50,084 nt of DNA, taken from positions 1 to 50,084 of the forward strand of contig JBJMQD010000389.1 of the NCBI GenBank assembly GCA_045802855.1, read 5' to 3'. The notes beneath the pieces were generated by a model. It saw nothing but the letters and a program-made list of their open reading frames with translations. It was not told where the DNA came from and did no database searches. This DNA comes from Myxococcales bacterium (lineage in GTDB: Bacteria; Myxococcota; Myxococcia; Myxococcales; 40CM-4-68-19). A program made the position numbers and the translations under genes. Shown here one piece after another: positions 37,293 to 46,428 of this stretch. Each line of letters opens with the position of its first letter. Positions within the stretch are counted from its first letter, which is position 1.

Positions 37293-38984
37293 ATGGGGAT
37301 GCGGGTCCGCGTTGCGCTTCTTGTCTGCCTCATCGGCGGCTCCGCTGCTCTTGCCAATCCGCGGGAGGAGCAGGCTTTGCCCGCGACGGGCGCAGGCCAA
37401 AGGCCGGAGCATCCGGAAGACGATGCTGCGCGCACGTTCGCCGCGCTGCACGAGAAGCCCGGCGCCGATCCGCGCCAGCAGGTCGCCCAGATGCTGGGCG
37501 CGCTCGACGCGGCCGGGCTGCACAATCTCGGCACGGTCGCCCTCGGCGATCTCTTGCAGGAAGGTGCGGCGGAAGTACGCGCCGCCGCCGCTCAGGAGCT
37601 GTCGAAGCGCGCAGCCAACGGCGGAGTCGGGCTCGCGCTCCTTCTCCGCGCGCCGGCCGCGGGTCTCCCCTCGGCGACGGCGGTGAAGCTCGCCCGCGCC
37701 CATCTGGAACGGGCGCTGGTCGTCGCTCCCCCCGAGGAAGGGAGCTCGTTCGCGCCGATGCAGGGACGGGCCGCAGAGCCGACGCCGGTCGCCGCGACCG
37801 AAGCCGCACCCGCCCCGGAGACCGTTTCCGCGGCGCAGAAGCTGGCCTCCTCCGAGCTCGCGCTTTCGCGGATTCTCGCCGCCTCCGTCCCCGCGGGCGA
37901 TGCCGCGGAAGGCGATGCGCGTGAAACCGAAGCCCTCGCCGCGCTCGCGGCGGGCGACGTCGACGCGGCGCAGGCCGCTTTCGAGGCCGTGGTGAAGGTC
38001 TCCGTCAAAGGGGACGAGTCGAGCGCGCGCCACGAGCGCGCCGTCCTGCAGCTTGCCCGGCTCGCCTATGCCCGCGGCGACGATGCCCGCGCTCAGGCCT
38101 GGTACTCGAAGATCTCTCGCGCCGCGCCCGAGTGGCTCGATGCGCTCTTCGAGTCGAGCTGGTCCCATTTCCGTAACGGCGACGACGACAAGGCGCTGGG
38201 AAACCTCCTGACCTTGCACGCTCCGTTCTTCCAGGGCCGCTACTATCCCGAATCGTACGTGCTGAAGGCGCTCGTCTTGTACGAGAACTGCCGCTACCCC
38301 GAAGCCAGGCGCACGCTGCGCGAGTTCGAGGTCCGCTACCGGCCGCTCCACGACGGGCTTGCCGGCGCGCTCGAGCGGATGCCCACGGCGCAAGCGGCGG
38401 TCGATTCCCTCTCCGGAGCGGGTGGGCTCGCCGCGTTTCCGGAGGCCGCGCGCGACGAGGTGGCCCGGGTGATCTCGGCTCCCGAGCTGAAGACCGGATT
38501 CGCGCAGATCGCCCAGATCGCGCAGGAGCTCGACTCGATCGATCGCAGACCTTCCTTCCAGCGCACCGCGCTCGCCCGGGCCGCGCTGCCGAAACTGCGC
38601 GAGGCGCGGCTCGATCTGCTCCAGTCGGTCGGCGATCGGGTCCGTTCGCGGCTCTCCCTCGAGCGCGGCGAGCTGCGCGAGCTCCTCGGCCAGGGCCTGC
38701 GGCTCGACTTCGAGATCGCGGGACGCGAGAAGGAGATCGCCGAGACTCCGGACGGAGCGGTAGCGCCCGTGGCGCAGCATCGAACGCCGCCCACCGTCGA
38801 CGAGGACGAAGTGCTCTGGCCCTTCGAAGGGGAGTACTGGCGCGACGAGCTCGGCAGCTATCGCTACCAGCTCGGAGAGAAGTGCGCGAAGCCGCGTCCG
38901 GCGCCGGCGAAGCCCGTGCGGACCGCGGCAACTTCCGTAGCTTCCGATGCCGTCGCGACGCCCGGTCCAGCAGCGCTTCACTGA
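37293..38984 (+). CDS. gltC: GltC/NfsC-like periplasmic TPR protein
   Basis: W..ALFE.SW..F, KALGNLLTLHAPFF...YYPES..LKA..., C-terminal WPFEGEYWRDELG.Y.Y. Confidence 0.8.
   Translation: MGMRVRVALLVCLIGGSAALANPREEQALPATGAGQRPEHPEDDAARTFAALHEKPGADPRQQVAQMLGALDAAGLHNLGTVALGDLLQEGAAEVRAAAAQELSKRAANGGVGLALLLRAPAAGLPSATAVKLARAHLERALVVAPPEEGSSFAPMQGRAAEPTPVAATEAAPAPETVSAAQKLASSELALSRILAASVPAGDAAEGDARETEALAALAAGDVDAAQAAFEAVVKVSVKGDESSARHERAVLQLARLAYARGDDARAQAWYSKISRAAPEWLDALFESSWSHFRNGDDDKALGNLLTLHAPFFQGRYYPESYVLKALVLYENCRYPEARRTLREFEVRYRPLHDGLAGALERMPTAQAAVDSLSGAGGLAAFPEAARDEVARVISAPELKTGFAQIAQIAQELDSIDRRPSFQRTALARAALPKLREARLDLLQSVGDRVRSRLSLERGELRELLGQGLRLDFEIAGREKEIAETPDGAVAPVAQHRTPPTVDEDEVLWPFEGEYWRDELGSYRYQLGEKCAKPRPAPAKPVRTAATSVASDAVATPGPAALH
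37366..37419 (-). repeat. Dispersed repeat, copy 6, in frame within gltC just after the signal peptide
   Basis: Reverse complement reads ttccggatgctccggcctttggcctgcgcccgtcgcgggcaaagcctgctcct; translated as EEQALPATGAGQRPEHPE. Confidence 0.85.
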
Positions 38985-39093
38985 CCGAGGGCATCGGCGT
39001 TCCCTGGGAATCGGAGTTCCCACCGGCGCGGCGCAGCGGTTCCCAGCCGCCGCCGATCCGGGAGTGGTCCGCTCGCGTCCGTGCCTCGCGGGC

Positions 39094-39109
39094 GGGCCTG
39101 AAGGTTGCA
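39094..39109 (+). promoter_or_regulatory. Candidate sigma54 (-24/-12) promoter upstream of the gltD-like gene
   Basis: gGGcctgaaggTTGCa: GG at 39095-96, exactly 10 nt, GC at 39107-08. Confidence 0.5.
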
Positions 39110-39167
39110 CCGACAGCGGCCGGGAAAGGAGCCGACCGCTTTCGCGGCCGGCGGAAGGGGTGGACCG

Positions 39168-42100
39168 ATGATGTCGGTGTTCGCCATCGCAGCTCTCGCC
39201 GCCGCGGTTTCGCAGGCGCCTGTCGATGGCAAGGCACTTGCGCAGCCCGGACGGGATCCGGGGCTGCTCCATCCAGACGCGCAGCAGATCGTCCGGCAGA
39301 AGGACGAGGAGCAGGAGCGCGCCTTGCGCAAGCTCCTTTCGCTGGGCGGTAGCGACGCCGAGCAGGCCGAGATTCTCCAGCGCCTCGCAGCGACGCTCCG
39401 TGCTCGCGGACTTTCGCTCGCAATCCGCGCGCAGGCGGAAGCTGATCAGGGCGACCCCGGTGCCGATCGCGACAAGGCGGACGCCCAGGCTGCCCGCACC
39501 GAGGCGATCTCGCTCTACCGGCAGCTCCTCCAGCGATACCCGCGCGCGCCGCGGCTCGACGAGGCCCTCTTCTTCCTCGCCGACACGCTGCAGGACTCGG
39601 GGAAGGACGACGAGGCCGTGCAGGCCGCCCGCGAGCTGACGCGGCGCTTCCCGAAGTCGCACTGGGCGCCGGCGAGCCACGTGTTCATCGGCGAGCATCT
39701 CTTCGAGAAATCAAAGCTCGCGCAGGCTCTCGCCGAGTACCAGGCCGCGGCCAGGGTGGAGACCGACGAGGTCTACCCGTACGCGCTCTACAAGGCCGCT
39801 TGGTGCCGCTTCAACCAGAGCGCCTTCCACGACGCGCTCGAGCTCCTCACCAAGGTCGTCGCTGTGAGCCTGGGAGGGGACGCCGCGAATCCGGTCGAGC
39901 AGGGCGAGCCGAGCAAGGTGCAGCTCGCACGCGAGGCACGGCGCGACTTCGTCATCGTCTTTGCCCGGATCGGAAAGCCGGAGGCGGCGCGCGAGGAGTT
40001 CGCCCGCCGCTTCGGCCGGGTGCCCGGCCTGAAGATGCTCGAGCTGTACGGGAAGCTCCTCTTCACCGAAGGGCGCGATCCGGAGGCGCAGCTCGTCCAC
40101 CGGCAGCTCCTCGAGATCCACGGCGACCGTCCCGCGGCGGCGCTCGACCAGACGCGCCTGCTCATGATCGCGGCCCGGAGCGGGAAGCGGAAGGACCTGC
40201 TCCGCGAGGCGCAGGCGCTGGTGGAGACCTTCCAGCGGGTGCGCCGCGCGCCTGCCTCGCCCGACGAGAAGGAGCAGGTCGACGAGGCGCAGTCCCACGC
40301 CGAGGAGACCCTGCGCACCCTCGCGGTCGCGACCCACAACGAGGCGCGCAAGACGCAGCTCGACGACACTTTGGCGGCCACGAAGGCCCTCTATACCGAC
40401 TACCTGACCCTCTTCCCGGACGCGAAGGACGCGTACGAGATGCGCTTCTTCGACGCCGAGCTGCTCTACGGCCTCGGAGAGAAGGCGAAGGCCGCGGAGC
40501 TGTACGAGGCGGTCGCGAAGCAGGACCTGGACGCGATGCGCGCGGGCAACAAGCCAGGCAAGTGGCTCACGAAGGCGGCGTGGAGCGCCGTCGTGTCGCG
40601 GGCCGAGGTCGCCGGCGACTCGCAGCCCCGGAAGGACGGGCACGGAACGCCGCAGCCGGCTTCTGCGACCTCGCCGCAGCGGGCGATCACCGCCGACGAG
40701 AGCAAGCTCGCCGACGCGTGCCTTCTCTACCTGGACGTGCTCCCCGACGGTCCGCATGCGGTGGAGGTGGCCTTCAAGATCGGCCGGCTCGAGTACCTCG
40801 CAGGCAAGCTCGACGGCGCCGAGAAGCATCTGTCCTGGGTAGCCCAGAAGCATCCCGAGAGCGACCTCGCGGAGTATGCGGCGAACCTCGTCCTCGACAT
40901 CGCGAACCTGCGCAAGGACTACCGCGCGGTCCACGACTGGGCGCTGCGCTTCCTCGCCGACTCGCGCCTGACCGCGCACGGCACGCTCCGCGCCGATCTC
41001 GCCCGGGTCGAGGAGCAGAGCGCGTATGCGCTGGCGGAGGGCGTGACCGACGACGAGGGCAAGGCCCGCGCGCTCCTCGACTTCGTCGAGAAGCATCCCG
41101 GCGCCTCGCTCACCGACAAGGCCATCTTCGGGGCCGCGGCGGCGCTCTCCCGCGCTGGCAAGGTGGACGACGCGCTCGCCGCCCGGGCCCGCCTCTGGAA
41201 GGAGATCCCCGGATCCCCGCTCGTCCCGCGAGCCCTCCTCGCCTCCGCCGCCGATCACGGCGCGGTGGGCGATTTCGGCGATGCCGCCACCCTGCTGGAG
41301 AAGTACTTCGCGGGGTACCGGCGCGAGGCGGAAGCGCGCAAGTGGCGCAAGACCCATCCGTCGCCGTCGCGCAAGCCCGAGTCGGCTCCGCTGTACGACG
41401 AGGCGAAGGCGCAGACCGGGCTTCACGACGCGGCCGTCCTGCGCGAAGCCCGCAACGAACTGCAGAAGGCGTTGCAGGATCGTCAGGCGGCCCTCGCCGC
41501 CTGGCCGAAGACCGCCGATCACGACGAGCAGGTGCAGGCCGCGGCGCTTCTGCGCGCGAAGCTCGGCGAGCCTTCGCGAGCGGCCCGCGACCTCGCGGCC
41601 ATCGCCCGCGCGGCCCACGGGAAGCCCGGGCTCCAGCTCACCAGCTGGCGTGACGCGGCCCGCCTCTTCACCCGCGTCCGCGAGATCGACCACTCGCGCT
41701 GGGCCTGGGCGGAGCTGGAAAAGACGTATCGCACGCTCCCGGCCAAACTCCGCGACAAGCTTCCGCCGGAGGCGGTCGCCGCCGCGGCCGAGGCGCATCT
41801 GCAGCTCGGGTCGCGCACCTTCGACGACTTCAAGAAGCAGCAGATCGAGCCGCCGCTCATGCGCACGCTGAACCGCAAGATCTCGCTCCTGCAGCAGGTC
41901 AAGAGGCGCGCCGAGGAGACGGTCGCGATGCGCCAGGCCGACCCCGCGGTCTGCGCTCTGGCCCAGCTCGGTGAGGCGCAGATGCTGCTCGCGCAGTCGA
42001 TCGCGAAGAGCCCGGCGCCGCGCCAGCTGAACCAGGAGGAGCGAAAGCTCTACCGGGCGGCGCTGGAGGAAAAGGCAAAGCCCATCTACGACGAGGCTCG

Positions 42101-42329
42101 CGAGACCCTGAAGGCCGCCGACGGCAAGGCGCAAGAGCTCGGCGTCTCCTCGCCCTGCGTCTCGCGGGTCTCGACGCTGTTGGAGAAGCTCGACGTGAAA
42201 CCGGCCCCGCGGACAACGCTCGCCGTGGCGCAGATGCCGCTCGCGCAGGCGCCGTCGTTCGTCGACGCGGACGGCAAGCCGGTCGACGTCGACGCGGGAC
42301 CGGGCTCGCCCGGGGGGAGGGAACGATGA
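39168..42329 (+). CDS. gltD: Large TPR protein, GltD(AgmU)/NfsD-like
   Basis: About 1050 aa with signal peptide; YP...R.DE.LF.L, FP.S, YALYK.AWC..N, Y.MRF..AELLY; position between gltC-like and gltE/F-like genes. Confidence 0.7.
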   Translation: MMSVFAIAALAAAVSQAPVDGKALAQPGRDPGLLHPDAQQIVRQKDEEQERALRKLLSLGGSDAEQAEILQRLAATLRARGLSLAIRAQAEADQGDPGADRDKADAQAARTEAISLYRQLLQRYPRAPRLDEALFFLADTLQDSGKDDEAVQAARELTRRFPKSHWAPASHVFIGEHLFEKSKLAQALAEYQAAARVETDEVYPYALYKAAWCRFNQSAFHDALELLTKVVAVSLGGDAANPVEQGEPSKVQLAREARRDFVIVFARIGKPEAAREEFARRFGRVPGLKMLELYGKLLFTEGRDPEAQLVHRQLLEIHGDRPAAALDQTRLLMIAARSGKRKDLLREAQALVETFQRVRRAPASPDEKEQVDEAQSHAEETLRTLAVATHNEARKTQLDDTLAATKALYTDYLTLFPDAKDAYEMRFFDAELLYGLGEKAKAAELYEAVAKQDLDAMRAGNKPGKWLTKAAWSAVVSRAEVAGDSQPRKDGHGTPQPASATSPQRAITADESKLADACLLYLDVLPDGPHAVEVAFKIGRLEYLAGKLDGAEKHLSWVAQKHPESDLAEYAANLVLDIANLRKDYRAVHDWALRFLADSRLTAHGTLRADLARVEEQSAYALAEGVTDDEGKARALLDFVEKHPGASLTDKAIFGAAAALSRAGKVDDALAARARLWKEIPGSPLVPRALLASAADHGAVGDFGDAATLLEKYFAGYRREAEARKWRKTHPSPSRKPESAPLYDEAKAQTGLHDAAVLREARNELQKALQDRQAALAAWPKTADHDEQVQAAALLRAKLGEPSRAARDLAAIARAAHGKPGLQLTSWRDAARLFTRVREIDHSRWAWAELEKTYRTLPAKLRDKLPPEAVAAAAEAHLQLGSRTFDDFKKQQIEPPLMRTLNRKISLLQQVKRRAEETVAMRQADPAVCALAQLGEAQMLLAQSIAKSPAPRQLNQEERKLYRAALEEKAKPIYDEARETLKAADGKAQELGVSSPCVSRVSTLLEKLDVKPAPRTTLAVAQMPLAQAPSFVDADGKPVDVDAGPGSPGGRER

Positions 42330-43495
42330 GGACCTACGGCTCGCTCTTGTTGCTCTTCGCCGCCTCCGGAGCGGGTGCGGCGCCGGACGTTCCCGCGAAG
42401 CCCGCCGAGACGGCAGCGGTTGCCACCAAATCCGACGTCCAGGAGCCTGTGCCGGGCGAGCGCGCCCGCCGGCTGCTCGACGAGGCGCTCCTTTCCCTTT
42501 CCACCGCGCGCAAGCTGAACGTGCTCGACACGGACGTGCTCACCCGGTTCCGCGCCGCGGCCGAGGCGGCGAAGGACTCGGTGCCCGCGCTCCTCGACTA
42601 CGCCGTGGCGCTCGATCGCGCGGGCAAGCTGGAGGAAGCGGAGGCGGGCTATCGCGCCGCGGCCGGCGCGCCGGGAGCGGCTGATCTCCGATTCGCGGCG
42701 GCGTCGCGCGCTGCCGCTCTCGCTGTCGCCCGTGGCGACGACGGAGCGGCCCGGTCCGCGGTCCAGCTCGCCGCTGCCGCGATGCCCGGCGAGAGCGACC
42801 CATTGCAGCTCGAGGCGGACGTAGCTCTCGCCGTGGGCGACGCGCACGGAGCCCAGGCGGCGGCGCGCAGGATCCTGGCTCGCGATCCGGAAGACGTCGA
42901 CGCGCTCTGCGCTCTCGCCCGCGCGCATCTGATGCTCGGAAGTCCGGGGACCGCCAACGTCCTCGCTGGCCGCGCCGCGCGGATCGATCCACAGGACGCG
43001 GAGCCCTTCCTCGTCGAAGCCGAGGCCGCGCGGTCGCGGAGCGATGCGCCAGGGGAGATGGCCGCCATCCGCGCCGCGGCCGCAGCCGACGAAGATTCCG
43101 CCGAGGCCGCCCTCGCGCTCGGGCGCGTCCTCTTCGAGCGCGGGCAGAGCGGCGAGGCCATCGACGAATTGATGCGCGCCGCCGATCTCGCCCCGGACGC
43201 CGCCGCCGTCCATCTGGCGCTCGGGGTCGCACTCGCCTCCGCCGATCGCAAGCCGGAAGCTGTGGAACACCTGGCGCTGGCGGCTCGTCTCGCGCCGCGG
43301 TCGCCGGAGCCGCACTACGAGCTCGCCCGCCTCCATCTCGAAGGGCTCGGCGATGCAAAAGCGGCCCTCGAGCAGGCAAAACTTTTCCTACGTCTGTCCA
43401 CGAAGACGCCGCCCCCGGGGCACCCGATCCACGCCTTGCTCCAGCGGTGCGAGGAAGCGCTGAAGAGCCGGACGCAGGCATCGGTCGTGCAGTAG
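42326..43495 (+). CDS. TPR protein, GltE(AglT)/NfsE-like
   Basis: Signal peptide, tandem TPRs, C-terminal HP motif; identified mainly by position. Confidence 0.6.
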   Translation: MRTYGSLLLLFAASGAGAAPDVPAKPAETAAVATKSDVQEPVPGERARRLLDEALLSLSTARKLNVLDTDVLTRFRAAAEAAKDSVPALLDYAVALDRAGKLEEAEAGYRAAAGAPGAADLRFAAASRAAALAVARGDDGAARSAVQLAAAAMPGESDPLQLEADVALAVGDAHGAQAAARRILARDPEDVDALCALARAHLMLGSPGTANVLAGRAARIDPQDAEPFLVEAEAARSRSDAPGEMAAIRAAAAADEDSAEAALALGRVLFERGQSGEAIDELMRAADLAPDAAAVHLALGVALASADRKPEAVEHLALAARLAPRSPEPHYELARLHLEGLGDAKAALEQAKLFLRLSTKTPPPGHPIHALLQRCEEALKSRTQASVVQ

Positions 43496-43595
43496 CCAGG
43501 GGGCAGCGGCCGCGAGCAGGCAGACGCCTGCCGGCTACCTCGCTCGCAGTACGGGGGCGGGGAAGGAAGGCCGCACGGTGGGAGGGGTGGACGTG

Positions 43596-43874
43596 ATGGC
43601 ACGCAGGTTCGTTCAGGCAGCGCTGGCGGCGATGGTCGCAGCCGCGGTCCCCGCATGGGGGGCGGGCAAAGAGCCCGCCCGCGAGGAGGCGCCTACGAAA
43701 CCACGCCGCACGGTGCTCCACTTCGGCGAGGACGACATCCGAGGCGCTCTCACGCGTCCCGACGGCGAGCTGGTCCAGGCGCCGCGGAAGGTGACCGAGA
43801 GCAGTCTCTTGCGCATGCGGCGGAGCTTCGTTGACCGCGCCCTCTCCGGAGTGGCGCACGGCGAGTCGCGCTAG
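43596..43874 (+). CDS. gltF: GltF/CglF-like small periplasmic protein
   Basis: T..HF.EDDI.G.LTRPDGE.V.A...V..S.L.R.R..F.D motif. Confidence 0.75.
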   Translation: MARRFVQAALAAMVAAAVPAWGAGKEPAREEAPTKPRRTVLHFGEDDIRGALTRPDGELVQAPRKVTESSLLRMRRSFVDRALSGVAHGESR

Positions 43875-43895
43875 ACACGGGAGCGGGCGGGGGCG

Positions 43896-45818
43896 ATGGC
43901 AATCGCAATCCAACTCAAGGTGTACGAGGGCGGGAAGCTGAAGTCGGCGCGGCTGTTTCGCGCCGAGCAGATCCGGCTCGGGAGCGGAACCTGCGACCTC
44001 GTGCTCGAGGGTCCGGGGGTCCTTCCCACGCACGCCGTGATCGATGCGGGCGCGACGGGGGCGGTCCTGCGGGCGTCAGGGAGCGCCCCTATCCACCTCA
44101 ACGGGCAGCCCATCATCGCCGCGCCTCTGCGGCACGGCGACCTCATTTCCATCGGCGACCTGCGGGTGATGGTGGAGCTCCGCGCGAACGCGCCGGGCCA
44201 GCCGGAACGCCGGCCCCGGCTGCAGCTCATCCAGGGCGAAGAGGACCCGCATACCGAGCCCGATCACCTCCGGCCGGCGCTCTCCGTCGTCCGGGAGGCA
44301 GCGCAGCTCTTCGAAGAGGCCCGCCACGCTGACGGCGGCCTGCACGCGCAGATCCCCGAGATGGATTCGCCGTCGCCGATTCCGGTGAGCGCGACGGGCG
44401 CGATGGCGGCGGCTCCGATTGCGCCTCCTTCCGTGGAACCGGTCGCGGCCGCCGTGCCCCGTCCTGCGACGCCTCCGCCGATTCCGGCGTCGAGCCTCGT
44501 CGGCGGCGACTGCATCGAGGCCGAGCTCTTCTGGGGCGAAACGCGGCTCGCGGTATGGCAGCTCGCTCCGGGCCAGGAGCTGACCGCGGGTACGGCGCCC
44601 GGTTGCCAGGCGCAGCTCGAGGGCCTGACCCGCGCCGTGGTGGTTCGCAGCGACGCGAGCGGATGGGTCGTCTGTGCTCCCCGGCCCTTGACGCTGGCGT
44701 TGACCGAGAACGGCAAGACCACCCTCGGTCCCGAGCTTCTCGTGCGCGGCCGTAGCCAGGCCGATGCCCAGGGGCTCCTGATGTCCCTGCCCGCGAAGGG
44801 GGTCGCGCTCCTCGGCGCGGGCCAGGTCGCGCTGCGGGTGCGAAGAGTCCCGACGCCGCCGCAGGTCGCGGCGGAACCGACCGACTGGAAGGGCATGGCG
44901 AGCGCCACCGTCGCCGCGCTCGTCCTCGTCGTCGCCATGAAGATGCTGAGCCAGGGTGTCCCGCCGCCGCGATACGGCGCGGAAGCGGAAGTGATCCGCC
45001 CGAAGCCGCTGATCGTGCGCACGACGCCGAAGCCCACCGATCCGCTGGCGCCGGTCGACCGGTCGCAGAAGGCGGAAGGGCGCAAGGATCCGGGCAAGGC
45101 GGTCGCGCGCCATCAAGGTCAGGAAGGCCAGGCGGGCAGCAAGACGGCTCCGCGTCGCGACGCGCGAGCGGAACGGGCCCGCGACGAGCATTCCATCGTC
45201 GCCTCGAGCGGCCTCCTCAAGGCGCTCGGCGCCGGCAAGGGCGCAAGCGACGTCTTCGGCGTCGCCCTGGAGAAGGGCGTGAAGGACGCGATGGGGCACC
45301 TCACCGGCCCGCGTGCGGGAGAGGCCCGCGGCGACGGCGGCATGGGGCTCCGGTCCCTCGGAGGCCGTGGAGGCGGCGGTGACGGCTCGGGTCTCGGCCT
45401 CGCCCGTATCGGAACGAACGGCATCGGCGGCGGCCTCGCCAACTACGGCGAAGGCAAAGGCGGACTGCGCGGCAAGGAGAACGTCGAGATCGGCCTCGGC
45501 CCCGGTAAGCCGGTGGTGGTCGGCAGCATCGACCCCGAGCTCATCCGCAAGGTCGTCCACGACCACCGCGCCCAGATCCGGACCTGCTACGAGACGCAGC
45601 TCACCTCGAACCAGAACCTCGCCGGCAAGGTGGTGAGCGCCTGGACCATCGACCCCGCGGGGCTCGTCACCGAGGCGCACACGCAGGAGAGCACGCTGCA
45701 CGACAAGACCGTGGAGACCTGCGTCGCGAACAAGATCAAGACGTGGAGATTCCCCATCCCGAAGGGCGGCGGCGAGGTGTTCGTCACCTATCCCTTCATC
45801 TTCACGCCGGGAGGCTAA
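43896..45818 (+). CDS. gltG: GltG/NfsG-like protein: FHA-like N-terminus, TM, Gly-rich linker, AgmX/PglI TonB-C-like domain
   Basis: LNG......L.HGD.I.IG; one TM; GSID.ELIRKVV..H..QIR.CYE..L, W.FP.PKGGG.V.VTYPF.F. Confidence 0.8.
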   Translation: MAIAIQLKVYEGGKLKSARLFRAEQIRLGSGTCDLVLEGPGVLPTHAVIDAGATGAVLRASGSAPIHLNGQPIIAAPLRHGDLISIGDLRVMVELRANAPGQPERRPRLQLIQGEEDPHTEPDHLRPALSVVREAAQLFEEARHADGGLHAQIPEMDSPSPIPVSATGAMAAAPIAPPSVEPVAAAVPRPATPPPIPASSLVGGDCIEAELFWGETRLAVWQLAPGQELTAGTAPGCQAQLEGLTRAVVVRSDASGWVVCAPRPLTLALTENGKTTLGPELLVRGRSQADAQGLLMSLPAKGVALLGAGQVALRVRRVPTPPQVAAEPTDWKGMASATVAALVLVVAMKMLSQGVPPPRYGAEAEVIRPKPLIVRTTPKPTDPLAPVDRSQKAEGRKDPGKAVARHQGQEGQAGSKTAPRRDARAERARDEHSIVASSGLLKALGAGKGASDVFGVALEKGVKDAMGHLTGPRAGEARGDGGMGLRSLGGRGGGGDGSGLGLARIGTNGIGGGLANYGEGKGGLRGKENVEIGLGPGKPVVVGSIDPELIRKVVHDHRAQIRTCYETQLTSNQNLAGKVVSAWTIDPAGLVTEAHTQESTLHDKTVETCVANKIKTWRFPIPKGGGEVFVTYPFIFTPGG

Positions 45819-45823
45819 GTCCG

Positions 45824-46318
45824 ATGCTCGCCGCTGCCCTTCTGCTCGTCGCCGCACCCGCAACGCTTCCGGTGACGCAGCGCGGTCCGTTCGTGGAGAT
45901 GCAGGCCGGTCCCCAGGTGCTCTTCCGTGGGCACGGCGTGGTCGGGACCGGGCCGGAGGTCCGCCTCGATGTCGGCCTCGGCGTGAGCGAGCGCTTCGCC
46001 TTCGAAGGCTGGGTCTCGGGCGCGCTCGAGAACGCGCCTCTGCGTGCGCCCGGAGACGAGTCGCGCCTCGGCGCTGGCCTCGCGGCCCGGGCCCGCGTCT
46101 ACCAGTTCGACTCCGAAGGCAAGCTCGCGCTCTGGGGTCGTGCCGGCGCGGGCTTCGCGAGCAGCTCCGGCCAGTCGGGACCGCTCGGATTCGGCGGCGC
46201 GCAGATCCTCTGGCAACCGTTCGTGAAACGGTTCGCCTTCGGCATCGAGGCCGACGCGCTCCTCATGCGGGGCGGGGCCGGTTTCGCCGTGCTGCCTTCC
46301 CTGCGCTGCGCCCTATAA
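45824..46318 (+). CDS. Small outer-membrane beta-barrel, at the GltH/NfsH position
   Basis: Signal peptide, alternating amphipathic strands, last gene of the cluster. Confidence 0.55.
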   Translation: MLAAALLLVAAPATLPVTQRGPFVEMQAGPQVLFRGHGVVGTGPEVRLDVGLGVSERFAFEGWVSGALENAPLRAPGDESRLGAGLAARARVYQFDSEGKLALWGRAGAGFASSSGQSGPLGFGGAQILWQPFVKRFAFGIEADALLMRGGAGFAVLPSLRCAL

Positions 46319-46335
46319 GGCTCTTCTCACTACGG

Positions 46336-46387
46336 AGGAGCGGGCTCTGCCTGCGACGGGCGGAGCCCGCAGGGCGGAGCATACGGA
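46336..46387 (-). repeat. Dispersed repeat, copy 7 (intergenic)
   Basis: Reverse complement reads tccgtatgctccgccctgcgggctccgcccgtcgcaggcagagcccgctcct. Confidence 0.88.
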
Positions 46388-46428
46388 TGGCGCGATGGGC
46401 GAAGCGGCGCTAACGTCGCTCGCCTATC

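Noticed and set aside
43515-43530. Hairpin GCAGGC-agac-GCCTGC as an eighth repeat copy
   Set aside because: It resembles only hairpin 2; the flanks do not align to the unit.
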